DNA of 45,785 bases from Candidatus Falkowbacteria bacterium RIFOXYD12_FULL_34_57 (GCA_001780285.1 MFGN01000015.1:1-45785), one strand, 5' to 3'. Positions 27,903-39,334 are shown, counted from the first letter of the stretch. The notes: a model not told the origin generated them from the sequence alone. A program made the numbers and translations.

Positions 27903-27991
27903 ATACTTAGTCAAAAGCCCATAAAGTCTAAAGTCTGTAAAGTACATGACTTTTGACTTTATAGACTTTATGGACTTTTCACTATTTTTAG

Positions 27992-28064
27992 TTGCGGGGA
28001 TCGGATTTGAACCGATGACCTCCAGGTTATGGGCCTGGCGAGCTGCCAACTGCTCTACCCCGCT
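27992..28064 (-). tRNA. tRNA-Met(CAT), with a 1:72 A-A mismatch and C33. Initiator, elongator or Ile-lysidine identity is unresolved.
   Basis: Anticodon loop CCCATAA, T-arm ATCGG-TTCAAAT-CCGAT. Confidence 0.65.
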
Positions 28065-28162
28065 ACAATTACCATTCGGGTAATAAACAACAAATTACAA
28101 GCACTAAATATCAACCTGTTTGTAATTTATTTTTTATTATTTACTCGCCCATGGCGAGTCTT

Positions 28163-28236
<74 letters not shown>

Positions 28237-28269
28237 CAAAAATATGTAGCAAGCTAATTTTTTAAAAAC

Positions 28270-28392
28270 ACTAGGATTCGCCCCGTTATTCGACGGGACG
28301 CCATGTCGGATGACATGGCGAACCATGGATCTCTTTCTTGTTAAAGAAGCGCTTTAACCTCCGCCATCTGACGGATGAGCTAATTGCCTTAA
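28270..28392 (-). pseudogene. Degenerate tRNA-Ile-like remnant in the 16S-tRNA spacer: the 5' acceptor/D-stem and an anticodon-arm-like segment interrupted by ~17-nt and ~40-nt insertions, with no 3' acceptor strand.
   Basis: Shares GGCAATTAGCTC and GTTAAAGCGCTTCT-TTAACAAG-AAAGAGATC with the adjacent tRNA-Ile pattern. GGTTCG and CGAATCC are separated by hairpin-forming inserts. Confidence 0.4.
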
Positions 28393-28582
28393 AAAGCAAA
28401 AAATCCACAAAGTCCAAAGTTTATAAAGTGCTATACTTTTGCTTTTGACTTTATGGACTTTAAACTAGTTTATAGTATAACAAAAAAAGACTGAATCAAC
28501 AAGGACCAATCTTTTTTAGATATTAAAGAAAAAGGAACGGTCCCATAAACCGGTTGCGAAAATCGCAAAATGGTTTGGAACT

Positions 28583-28607
28583 AACAGGTGCCAATTAGCA
28601 GCCTTAA
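28583..28607 (-). other. 3' arm of the 16S rRNA processing stem, complementary to the leader segment at 30331-30357.
   Basis: aactaacaggtgccaattagcagcc pairs with ggttgctaattggcgcctgttagcgcc across the 16S gene. Confidence 0.6.
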
Positions 28608-28760
28608 CTTCTTGCGAAATTAAGGACTTTTTTATCCCGAACCAAGATGAATTCTTGTTTCGGCACTCCATCTTGTTTATATCTACACGATTAAACAAGT
28701 TTGATAGAAGCGCGACCAGAAATATCGAAATAGAATTCGAAAATTTCTATGTCTCCCTAG

Positions 28761-30238
<1,478 letters not shown>

Positions 30239-30330
30239 GAAAAGTTTTTTACAAGGTTTACTGTCCTTGTGATATATTTCTAAAAAGAGAAATATATCAA
30301 GTGGTATTTGAAGATTTAAGAAATCTCAAT

Positions 30331-30357
30331 TGGTTGCTAATTGGCGCCTGTTAGCGC
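30331..30357 (-). other. 5' leader arm of the 16S rRNA processing stem.
   Basis: Complementary to 28583-28607. Confidence 0.6.
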
Positions 30358-30517
30358 CAAAAATATATTAAACTTGAATATTCAAGCCCATTTTTTTAAG
30401 GTACTCTTTTTGAATAAACTAAAACAGACATTTACAATATTAATAAAAACTTAATCGTAAAATTGTCTGATTTTATAAACTTTTAAGTTAAATATTCTAT
30501 TTATTTAACGTAATTGT

Positions 30518-30546
30518 ATATTAAACGATTTTTAAAAAAGTGTCAA
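30518..30546 (-). promoter_or_regulatory. Candidate rRNA promoter on the minus strand: TTGACA, 17-bp spacer, TAATAT.
   Basis: The reverse complement of 30518-30546 reads TTGACActtttttaaaaatcgttTAATAT, about 280 nt upstream of the 16S 5' end. Confidence 0.45.
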
Positions 30547-30780
30547 GAGTTTTTTCAAGATTTCTAAAGACCAATTAGTTATTGATGTTTTTCATTTAAT
30601 ATAAGCAATTATATATATAGAATTTTTTATTACTTTTAAAGATTTATTTTAAGAAATTAACAAAATAAAAAATTTTATTTTAAAAAAATTTTTCTTGATA
30701 ACTTATGTTGACTGCCAATGATTATTATATTAAATTAAAAATAGATATAGGTGTTTTTATTTTTAAGGAGGAAACTAATT

Positions 30781-31401
30781 ATGCTGTTCTTTTACATTGT
30801 CACTGTTATATTTTTTTATTTTGCAGCAAACTATTACTATAATGATTGGAAATATGTATTATTTTCACACGAAATTTTTGGCGACGGAAAAAATAATCAA
30901 TTCTCTTGCGCGCCCCCCAAAAAAGAAACACTAAAAGAGGAAATAATAAAAAAAATTAGCGAAAAAAAAGAATTTCAAAATTGCTCCAAACAAGAAATAT
31001 TAGAAATGGCCACAACATTAATTAAAGAACTAGAAAATAAAAGAATTATAGCATATAGTGCTTTTAAAAAATTTATTTGTGCTATAATTTGCTACTCTAT
31101 TATCTTATTTGGAATAATATATGTAAAAGAGGCTGGAATCTTTTATATTTTTTCAGCACAAATTATGGCTGGTCTTTTTTTAATTTCTATTTATTTTAAA
31201 ATTAACCTTGAAAATGAATTAATTGAACTAAGGAAGGTATTAAAAATAGATCGTCTAGCATACGCAAACCACTCTGAAGTGATAACACACAAAATTCATT
31301 CTATTAATAAATTTGAGAAAAAATTAAGGATAGTTAATCCAGCCTATAAATTCTCTGGAATTCTTTTTTTAATTCTACTGGCAAAGATATTATTTTTCTA
31401 A
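30781..31401 (+). CDS. Membrane protein of unknown function.
   Basis: RBS aaggagg then ATG. There are hydrophobic helices at both ends. Confidence 0.45.
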   Translation: MLFFYIVTVIFFYFAANYYYNDWKYVLFSHEIFGDGKNNQFSCAPPKKETLKEEIIKKISEKKEFQNCSKQEILEMATTLIKELENKRIIAYSAFKKFICAIICYSIILFGIIYVKEAGIFYIFSAQIMAGLFLISIYFKINLENELIELRKVLKIDRLAYANHSEVITHKIHSINKFEKKLRIVNPAYKFSGILFLILLAKILFF

Positions 31402-31501
31402 AAAACATTGTTAAAAGTTGGGTATAAAACCCAACTTTTTTATTTGATGAAAACAGATTAAAAATGTTATAATATTACTATATTAATATTTAAATTTATA
31501 T

Positions 31502-32872
31502 ATGGCTTTAAGAAAAATGGACAATCCGGTCATTAATCTAAAAACATCAGAATCATCAAGAGAAAAAAGAGAAAAGATGCCTTTTTCATTATATAAAAAA
31601 CAAAAAAAAACAGAAAAAAGAAAGGCTATTTTTAGGGAAGTGCCTAAAAAAGAAAAAATTCTAGAATTTCCAGATGGCTTTCTGTGGGGCACATCCACTT
31701 CGGCCTATCAAATTGAGGGAAACATTAGAAATGATTGGAGTATTTGGGAAAAATCATACAAAAGAATTAATAATCTACAAAAAAACGGTAAAAATATAAA
31801 AGATTTTACCGCCGGTCAAGCTTGTGATTCATATAACAGATACTCCGAGGATTTTGATCTTGCCCTGGCGCTCAACAATAATATTGTTCGTTTCGGAATT
31901 GAGTGGTCGCGCATAGAGCCAAAAATAGGTACTTGGAGCGTCAAAGAAATACAACACTATCACAATGTTTTTAAGGCTGCAAAAGAAAGAGGTCTTAAAA
32001 CTGTAGTTACTCTCTGGCACTGGACTAATCCGATATGGCTATCAAGGATTAATGGTTGGACCAATCCAGAAACCGTCAAACATTTTTTAAATTATACAAA
32101 TCTAATAATCAAAGAATACGGCTCTTATATTGATTATTGGATTACACTTAATGAACCGATGATTCATACTTTTAATGGCTATGTTATAGGGAAATTTCCC
32201 CCGGGAGATAAAAATATTATAAAGGGGTACAAAGTATTAAATAATTTAGCTCAGGCCCACAACCAAGCTTATAAATTAATTCACAAACATTTTCCAAAGG
32301 CTCGTGTCGGTTTCACTAAATTACGAAATTATTTTGAGCCGGCAAATAGGTGGAATCCAGTTGAACAAATCATTTCAAGAACTATGAATTTTTTTTCCAA
32401 CGAATTATTTATTAATAAAACTAAAAAATATTTAGACTTTGTCGGTATTGATTATTATTTTCATGATCGAATAGTTTGGTATCCACCATTTATTAAAAAC
32501 AAAAATATAGAAGTAACGGATACAGGATGGGAGATTTATCCAGAGGGAATATACCATGTCTTGAAATCACTCCAAAAACTCAAAAAACCAATTATTATCA
32601 TGGAAAACGGAATAGCCGACCAAGAGGATAAATACAGGGAGGTATTTATAAAAGAACATCTTTATTATATTCATAAAGCCATACAGGAGGGCGTACCAGT
32701 CAAAGGTTATTTATACTGGTCGCTTTTGGACAATTTTGAATGGTCTCTTGGTTGGGAACCAAAATTCGGACTTTTCTCTGTTGATCGGGAAACATTCAAA
32801 AGGCGCCCCAGGCCCAGTGCATTTAAATACGCAGATATCTGCAAAAACAATAAGGTAAGTGTTGTAATTTAA
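31502..32872 (+). CDS. GH1-family beta-glucosidase / 6-phospho-beta-glucosidase-like enzyme with an unusual basic N-terminal extension.
   Basis: FLWGTSTSAYQIEGN (GH1 N-terminal signature), TLNEP (acid/base Glu) and IMENG (nucleophile Glu). Confidence 0.75.
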   Translation: MALRKMDNPVINLKTSESSREKREKMPFSLYKKQKKTEKRKAIFREVPKKEKILEFPDGFLWGTSTSAYQIEGNIRNDWSIWEKSYKRINNLQKNGKNIKDFTAGQACDSYNRYSEDFDLALALNNNIVRFGIEWSRIEPKIGTWSVKEIQHYHNVFKAAKERGLKTVVTLWHWTNPIWLSRINGWTNPETVKHFLNYTNLIIKEYGSYIDYWITLNEPMIHTFNGYVIGKFPPGDKNIIKGYKVLNNLAQAHNQAYKLIHKHFPKARVGFTKLRNYFEPANRWNPVEQIISRTMNFFSNELFINKTKKYLDFVGIDYYFHDRIVWYPPFIKNKNIEVTDTGWEIYPEGIYHVLKSLQKLKKPIIIMENGIADQEDKYREVFIKEHLYYIHKAIQEGVPVKGYLYWSLLDNFEWSLGWEPKFGLFSVDRETFKRRPRPSAFKYADICKNNKVSVVI

Positions 32873-32968
32873 ATCATCCCCTTATGTCCAATTTAATATC
32901 TTATAAATGTCGCGAAGCGATTCCTGGGTTTTTAGCTTTTAATTTTTCATTTAAGTTCACAAAGTGTT

Positions 32969-33934
32969 ATGTGGTTATTTATTACAATTAGCGCATACAT
33001 GATCAATGCTGGGGTATATGTAGCTGATAAATTTTTACTGTCTAAAAAAATCCATTCATCCATCACCTATGCTTTTTTTGTGGGAATATGGAGTATTTTT
33101 AATTTTTTTATTTTAATTATTGATCCCTGGGTACCAAACATGAAAGAATTTGCCATTGATCTTTTGGCCGGCATGCTATTTTTATTTACACTGATTTTTT
33201 GGTACAAAGCCCTGCACCAAAGCGAAGCAACTCGCGTAGTGCCGATTGTTGGAGCATTGGTTCCTATTTTTAGCTTTTTATTCTCTTTTATATTTTTAAA
33301 TGAGGGTTTAAGGGAAAGACATTTTTTGGCTTTCATTGTATTAATTAATGGCGGAGTTTTAGTCTCCATTAAACACACCCGTCTTTATATCTGGGAAGAG
33401 ACCAAAGATAGAATAAAAAATATTTTTGGAAATGCTTTTGGCGGCATTCACGCCGGATATAGACCATCAAAAAGATTGATATTTAATTCCACTATTTCGG
33501 CCATGTTTTTTGCGGCTTATTATGTTTTAATTAAATTTATTTATTTAGAACAACCATTTATCGGCGGATTCGTCTGGTCCAGGCTTGGAACCTTTATTGG
33601 AGTATTAATTATGTTATTAGTGCCGACATGGAGAGCTAATATCGTTAAACACCGCAAAGGCGTAAAAACTCCCGGCAGTTTTTCTTTTTTTATAATTATC
33701 CGACTTCTGGCTGCTCTGGCATTCATTATGATTAACTGGGCAATCAGTCTTGGCAATGTAGCCCTTACTAACTCTCTACAGGGAGTACAATATATATTCC
33801 TGTTAATACTTGTAATATTCCTCTCAACCAGATATCCCAATGTAATGCGCGAAGAGCTTGGGGGGGGAGTACTCGTACAAAAAATAATCGGCGCCACATT
33901 AATTACTACCGGACTTTATATGTTAATCACATAG
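32969..33934 (+). CDS. EamA/DMT-superfamily transporter (10 TM).
   Basis: Two five-helix hydrophobic halves. 321 aa. Confidence 0.55.
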   Translation: MWLFITISAYMINAGVYVADKFLLSKKIHSSITYAFFVGIWSIFNFFILIIDPWVPNMKEFAIDLLAGMLFLFTLIFWYKALHQSEATRVVPIVGALVPIFSFLFSFIFLNEGLRERHFLAFIVLINGGVLVSIKHTRLYIWEETKDRIKNIFGNAFGGIHAGYRPSKRLIFNSTISAMFFAAYYVLIKFIYLEQPFIGGFVWSRLGTFIGVLIMLLVPTWRANIVKHRKGVKTPGSFSFFIIIRLLAALAFIMINWAISLGNVALTNSLQGVQYIFLLILVIFLSTRYPNVMREELGGGVLVQKIIGATLITTGLYMLIT

Positions 33935-34033
33935 TGTTAAACATACTTAATATATTCGCAAAAAAAATACCACCAATAAAATGGTGGGATTTGTTTTTAA
34001 AACAATATTTCAATTATCTATATTTTAAAGTTT

Positions 34034-34933
34034 TTATTTCTCATCAAATAAACTGGTGCTTAAATATTTTTCTCCCCTATCTGGAAAAATAACAACAATT
34101 ATTCCTGACTTTATTTTTTTGGCGACTTCAATCGCGGCATACATAGCGGCTCCACTGCTCATTCCGACAAATATTCCTTCTTTTTTTATAATTTTCCTTG
34201 CTGTTTTATATGCATCTTCAGTCTTTACCATAATCGTCTTATCAATTTGTGTATAATCATATATCTCCGGAACTATTGCTTCTTTCATATTCTTTAACCC
34301 TTGAATATAATGTCCCTCCACGGGATGTGCGCTAATTACTTTTATTTTAGGATTATTTTCTTTTAGAGCCATTCCTACACCCATAATTGTTCCCGATGTC
34401 CCAAGAGCTGAAACAAAAAAATCAATCTTTCCATTTGTTTGTTTCCAAATTTCTTCACCGGTTGTTTTGTAGTGTGCAATTTTATTATATTTATTTGAAA
34501 ACTGATTTGGCATAAAATATTTTTTCGGATATTTCCTCACTAAATCTCTGGCTTTTTTAATTGCTCCGTCAGTGCCGAATTTTGCATCAGTTAAAATTAC
34601 TTTTGCACCAAATGCCTCAATCATTTTTCTTCTTTCCGTGGAGACCGCGCTACTCATAACTATTTCAACTTTATACCCCTTCACAACCCCCACCATTGCC
34701 AAACCAATCCCTGTGTTTCCGGATGTTGGCTCAATAATCGTTTTTCCCTTTTTTAATTTCCCTTCAGTTTCGGCCTGTTCAACCATTTTCAAAGCTATCC
34801 TGTCTTTAATGCTCCCAGTTGGATTACTTCCTTCAATTTTGGCATAAATAGTAACTTTTTTATTTGAATTTAACTTGTTTATTCTAACAAGAGGCGTATT
34901 CCCGATGGTTTGTAAAATATTTTCAAAAATCAT
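34034..34933 (-). CDS. cysK: Cysteine synthase / O-acetylserine sulfhydrylase (PLP-dependent, CysK/CysM family).
   Basis: KIEGSNPTGSIKDR PLP-lysine motif and a glycine-rich loop. 299 aa. Confidence 0.75.
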   Translation of the reverse strand: MIFENILQTIGNTPLVRINKLNSNKKVTIYAKIEGSNPTGSIKDRIALKMVEQAETEGKLKKGKTIIEPTSGNTGIGLAMVGVVKGYKVEIVMSSAVSTERRKMIEAFGAKVILTDAKFGTDGAIKKARDLVRKYPKKYFMPNQFSNKYNKIAHYKTTGEEIWKQTNGKIDFFVSALGTSGTIMGVGMALKENNPKIKVISAHPVEGHYIQGLKNMKEAIVPEIYDYTQIDKTIMVKTEDAYKTARKIIKKEGIFVGMSSGAAMYAAIEVAKKIKSGIIVVIFPDRGEKYLSTSLFDEK

Positions 34934-35052
34934 AAAAATTTATTCATTATTCTTATATATTAAAATTTTATTATTCCTTCAACAATATTAAAGCAGACAA
35001 CAAAGCATACATTAACCAAGTATATGACATAACCTTTAATAAATAATTTATA

Positions 35053-36306
35053 TCAATCTAAAATCATTGTGGCTAAACCAAGAAAAACCATAAATCCCAG
35101 CACATCTGTAGCGGTGGTAATAAAAACTGTGGCGGAGGTAGCAGGATCTTTCCCAAGTTTTTTCATAATTACCGGAACAAGCGTACCAAAAAATCCGGCA
35201 ACGAACAAATTAACAACCATTGCCACGCCAAGCACAAAGGCAACTTTAAAATTCTTGTTAAAAATCACCACAACTGATGCAACCAATATCCCATTAACTA
35301 GTCCGTTTATAATTCCGGTTGTTGCTTCTCTTCTAAGTGTCGGCCACACGGTTTTTAGGTCAATTTGATTCAGGGCTATTCCCCTGACAAGAACCGCCAA
35401 TGTTTGCGTGCCGGCATTACCGCCCATTCCAGCAACAATCGGCATATACATCGCCAGTAGCACATATTTTGATATCACTTCATTAAAAAGCCCAACTGTA
35501 GATGCGGCCAAAAAAGCAGTCCCAAGATTAATAATAAGCCATTTATAACGGTGCTTTACTTTTACCATCACTCCATCCGTAACACTTTCTTCGTCATGCA
35601 CACCGGCAAAATCATACAGGGCGGAAGTTTCTTCCTCTTTTAATGCCCTTAAAATATCATCGGCATATATCACGCCAATGATATTTTTTTTATTCCCCAT
35701 AACAACGATTTTATTATGAGGATGAGTACGGAATAAATCAACAACCTGGTCATGGGTGGCATTATATCTAATAACCTGGATTTTCCGTATATGTTTTTGA
35801 ACTCTGTCGGATAATTTCGCGAATCCTAGTTTGTGACCGGGTAGATACCCTTTAAGTTTTCCTTCATCAAGCGCAAGAATAACGGGCAGATGCCCTGTTC
35901 TTTTTTCATGCACCCTAAACTGTTTTATTGCATCGGATATTTTTTCATCAATTCCAACCTGAATATAATCAAGATTCATCAATCCTGCCGCGGAGCGAGG
36001 GTCGAATTGATTTAATATTTCAACTGATTTTTTTAACTCATTATTAAACTGCTGAATAATTTTATTTTGTCGATGTTTTGATAAAAGCTGAATTAAATCC
36101 GTTGCTTCATCAGGATCAAGCTGATTTAAAATATCAACCAATATTTCATCCGACAAAGAGGACATAAGATGATATTGAATGTGTTTGGATAAGTGAAGTA
36201 AAACCTGGGCTCTTTTCTCGTCCGGCATTTCCAAAAAAAGACTTCTTCGATTTTTCCCCGCAAAGCTTAATTTGTGAATAATTTGTTTGAATGAATTTTC
36301 TTTCAT
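35053..36306 (-). CDS. mgtE: Magnesium transporter MgtE (N-domain, CBS pair and TM domain).
   Basis: The domain order and the MGGNAGTQ motif of the MgtE pore domain. Confidence 0.75.
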   Translation of the reverse strand: MKENSFKQIIHKLSFAGKNRRSLFLEMPDEKRAQVLLHLSKHIQYHLMSSLSDEILVDILNQLDPDEATDLIQLLSKHRQNKIIQQFNNELKKSVEILNQFDPRSAAGLMNLDYIQVGIDEKISDAIKQFRVHEKRTGHLPVILALDEGKLKGYLPGHKLGFAKLSDRVQKHIRKIQVIRYNATHDQVVDLFRTHPHNKIVVMGNKKNIIGVIYADDILRALKEEETSALYDFAGVHDEESVTDGVMVKVKHRYKWLIINLGTAFLAASTVGLFNEVISKYVLLAMYMPIVAGMGGNAGTQTLAVLVRGIALNQIDLKTVWPTLRREATTGIINGLVNGILVASVVVIFNKNFKVAFVLGVAMVVNLFVAGFFGTLVPVIMKKLGKDPATSATVFITTATDVLGFMVFLGLATMILD

Positions 36307-36496
36307 AATATAATATAAAATTTTTACTCCCTATTAAATATCGTAAAACAAAATTACTAAATAATATATATTCTAATGGGAATTATGAGTGGAATATAAT
36401 GAAAATTTTAACTATTTCATAAACCTTAAATTATAAACTTGTTATGAATCAAAGCAATTATTTTCCCGGTCATAATCCTTTTTACTTTTTATAAAT

Positions 36497-36841
36497 TTAT
36501 TTTATTGCTTTGACCGCTCTTGTCACCAAAAATGGCTCATCATTTACTTTTATAGTAATAAATTCCATGAGAATTTCAATTTTTTTGCCAAACTTTGTTT
36601 TTATAGGAACAACGGCTTTTCCGCTTATTGAATTCATGATGACTTTGCTAAATTTCTCTGATTTTGAATCAGTGGTCATGAAATTAGAAATATGCTTGCC
36701 CATCATTTCCTCGGGAGAATACCCGCTTATCTTTGCGGATTCCTCAGAAATATAAATAAAAGACATATCAAAGAGGCTAATTATCGTATCAAAATTATGC
36801 ATTATATCTTCAGCCATTTTTATTATTTCTTTATTTATCAT
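36497..36841 (-). CDS. Stand-alone PAS-domain protein.
   Basis: 114 aa. ...FIYISEESAKISGYSPEEMMGKHISNF... resembles the PAS sensory fold. Confidence 0.4.
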   Translation of the reverse strand: MINKEIIKMAEDIMHNFDTIISLFDMSFIYISEESAKISGYSPEEMMGKHISNFMTTDSKSEKFSKVIMNSISGKAVVPIKTKFGKKIEILMEFITIKVNDEPFLVTRAVKAIK

Positions 36842-37002
36842 AGTAGTTTATATTAATGTATTAAATAAAAGAACTTGAAGCAATAAAACCTAAATATAAT
36901 CTTCGTTGATTTATTTTAAAAAACCAACTAAAATTATATTATAAAATCCTCAAAAGCTTATTCTTATTATATCACAAATTAACCCGATTTTTAAGTCATT
37001 AT

Positions 37003-38493
37003 ATGCTAATATTTATTTTCACTTTTTATTTATTGTTTCTATTTCTGGCTATCAAGCGAGTTGATTGGGCCTTAATGCTTCTTTTGGCGATGCTCCCCTC
37101 CTATTTAATCCGTTTTTCAGTTTTTGGTATTCCTGCTACCTTGCTGGAAATGATGATTCTTATTTGTTTTACGGTTTGGTTTGTGCAGAAAACTGAATTT
37201 AAAAATTTTCTTAGGGGAAAATATGGTTGGAGAGATTTTTTTATTAATAAGAAAAAAAGAGCTTCTTATCTTTTTGCTCCAGAAATCGCCTTGTGGCTAA
37301 TTGTCTCTTACATCGCCATGATTCCCTCGGGTTTTAGTAATGCTTCTTTTGGCATCTGGAAAGCTTATTTTTTTGAACCGCTACTTGTTTACATTCTAAT
37401 TATAAATATTTTCAAACCCGGACAAAAATCTTTTCAAAAGATTATTTTACCACTTGCTATCTCTACTTGCGCGCTTTCCTTAATAGCTATCTTTCAAAAA
37501 TTCACCGGGTTGTTCGTCGTAGAACATTTTCTGCCTCGCGTCACATCTGTCTTTTCATACCCCAATGCGCTAGGACTATTTCTTGCGCCGATAATTTTAA
37601 TTTTAATCGGATTTTTAATTCAAGAACTTACAAATTTTCCACCCAGAGCGGATCAGCCTCCGGCTGAAAAAAATAAAGGACAATCCTGCCAGCTTTGCCA
37701 AAAATATAATTTGATATTATTCTTAATTACTTCTGTTATTTTGTCGCTTTCTGCAATTTATTTTGCGAGTTCAGAAGGGGCTTTGGTTGGAGTGTTGGCC
37801 GGATTGATTGCTTTCGGAATACTAGCTAACAAAAAATCCCGCATAACCACGATTATTATTTTAATTATTTTAAGCGGTGCCACTTTCACCATCCCTAAAT
37901 TAAAAAGTTACGCTCTGCAAAAAGTTACCCTAAAAGATTTATCAGGCGAAATCCGCAAACAACAATGGCGGGAGACATGGACCATGCTCCATGACGGTAA
38001 CAAAATTTTGGGTTCTGGCTTGTCAAATTACCAAAATAAGATAGCGCCTTATCACCAAGAGGGAATATTTTTTAATTTTTCCAATGATCCAGATTTCCGC
38101 CGAAAAATAGTCATCTTTGATGACAAATACCGCGCCGAGCATTGGCAGCCAGTGGAGATCTACATGTATCCGCATAACATCCTTCTAAATTTCTGGACAG
38201 AAATTGGATTCTTAGGAATGCTTGTCTTCGTCTGGATTGTAGACAAATTCTTCATAATAGCTATTCAAAATTCAAAATTCAAAATTCAAAATTCAAACTA
38301 TTTTTTAAATTTAGGTTTAACGTGTTCCATGGTAACAATTATAGTCCACGGTCTTGTAGATGTTCCCTATTTTAAAAACGATCTCTCGGTTATATTTTGG
38401 GTAATTATCGCCCTGATAAGCTTAATTAAATTATCCAACTCCATTAAACCCGATAATCCAAACTACGAGCCAAAACCAAAAACCAAAAAATAA
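37003..38493 (+). CDS. O-antigen ligase / Wzy_C-family membrane protein (WaaL/PglL-like).
   Basis: Polytopic. The periplasmic-loop pattern R..W(x)n GSGLSNY ... YPHNILLNFWTEIGFLG matches the Wzy_C R...W / G.G.G / HN.yL...E.G..G signature. Confidence 0.55.
   Translation: MLIFIFTFYLLFLFLAIKRVDWALMLLLAMLPSYLIRFSVFGIPATLLEMMILICFTVWFVQKTEFKNFLRGKYGWRDFFINKKKRASYLFAPEIALWLIVSYIAMIPSGFSNASFGIWKAYFFEPLLVYILIINIFKPGQKSFQKIILPLAISTCALSLIAIFQKFTGLFVVEHFLPRVTSVFSYPNALGLFLAPIILILIGFLIQELTNFPPRADQPPAEKNKGQSCQLCQKYNLILFLITSVILSLSAIYFASSEGALVGVLAGLIAFGILANKKSRITTIIILIILSGATFTIPKLKSYALQKVTLKDLSGEIRKQQWRETWTMLHDGNKILGSGLSNYQNKIAPYHQEGIFFNFSNDPDFRRKIVIFDDKYRAEHWQPVEIYMYPHNILLNFWTEIGFLGMLVFVWIVDKFFIIAIQNSKFKIQNSNYFLNLGLTCSMVTIIVHGLVDVPYFKNDLSVIFWVIIALISLIKLSNSIKPDNPNYEPKPKTKK
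38263..38297 (+). repeat. Perfect heptanucleotide tandem repeat (attcaaa)x5 inside the O-antigen-ligase-family CDS, encoding IQNSKFKIQNSN.
   Basis: Counted directly. The 7-bp unit is not a multiple of 3. Confidence 0.9.
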
Positions 38494-38578
38494 TACCGCC
38501 CCCCCCTTTTTTTGTTGTTCCTGAACTTGATTTAGAACAACTCAAAGGAAACAAGAAAGGCCTAAAAGACTTTTTAAA

Positions 38579-38650
38579 GTCTCCACCCAAGGCGCTGTGT
38601 CCGCCTTGGGCGGAGACAGCGCCTTTCCATGCCCGCCTCGGACGGGGGCG
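38579..38650. other. GC-rich structured island in an AT-rich genome: a 16-bp hairpin gtctccacccaaggcg/cgccttgggcggagac plus an adjacent GC-rich stem. A candidate small structured RNA or recombination site.
   Basis: Local GC is well above the window average. The inverted repeat is read directly. A UUCG-tetraloop hairpin cccttcggg lies at 38714-38722. Confidence 0.35.
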
Positions 38651-38784
38651 TGATAAATAATGGAATATCTAATATTAAACACTTTTACCCTTTATAAATA
38701 GTAAAAAATAATCCCCCTTCGGGAGATCCCCCACAAGATGAAGCCATATAACAGATATGGGATTAGGGGGAAATTCCTATACGA

Positions 38785-38820
38785 TAAAAAAAGTTCACGC
38801 GTTATACGTGAACTTTTATT
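38785..38820. terminator. Bidirectional terminator agttcacg-cgttata-cgtgaact flanked by A7 and T-rich runs. It serves the minus-strand paralog operon.
   Basis: The hairpin and both flanking runs are read directly. Confidence 0.6.
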
Positions 38821-38824
38821 CTTA

Positions 38825-39316
38825 TTAAACGGAAATATCTTTAAAAAATGGTTTAAACCAGCCATAAACTTTGGACTCTTCCGGATATATAATCAGAGAA
38901 AGTGTCCTCTCCCATTCTTTGATGTCCTGTTCTATGCTATGACGGACAACATCCATTGCCGGACTACATTTAGGACAATTGGATAAGTGTTTATGAGATA
39001 AGCCATCCTGAAACCAGTGATACAGTTCCGTGTTCCCCATCTGTTGCGCTTTCTTCAAATCATTCAATTTTCCCTGTGCCAACTGCTCGCCCACCATTAT
39101 TTCTTGATATTTTTTAATATACCCACCTAAGGAGTTAGCTAATTTAAAAAAAATAATATAAATAACTATACCTGAAAACCCTATTACCAATCCAAGGAGT
39201 AAAAAAGTTTTTATTAAGCTACAAAAAACGAGAAAACTCGTAGTTAAAAGCAAAAGAGTTTTAGATGCTATTAAAATCCTTTCTTGAATTTTTTGTACAC
39301 TTTTCAATTTTTCCAC
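38825..39316 (-). CDS. Paralog 1 of a tandem 2-TM membrane protein family (163 aa).
   Basis: N-terminal 2 TM then ~100-aa soluble domain. Shared pattern ...NGW/HWF...KHKDL/HKHL...YPEE.KVY.WF with paralogs 2 and 3. Confidence 0.55.
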   Translation of the reverse strand: MEKLKSVQKIQERILIASKTLLLLTTSFLVFCSLIKTFLLLGLVIGFSGIVIYIIFFKLANSLGGYIKKYQEIMVGEQLAQGKLNDLKKAQQMGNTELYHWFQDGLSHKHLSNCPKCSPAMDVVRHSIEQDIKEWERTLSLIIYPEESKVYGWFKPFFKDISV

Positions 39317-39334
39317 AATTCCATCCTTTAAATT

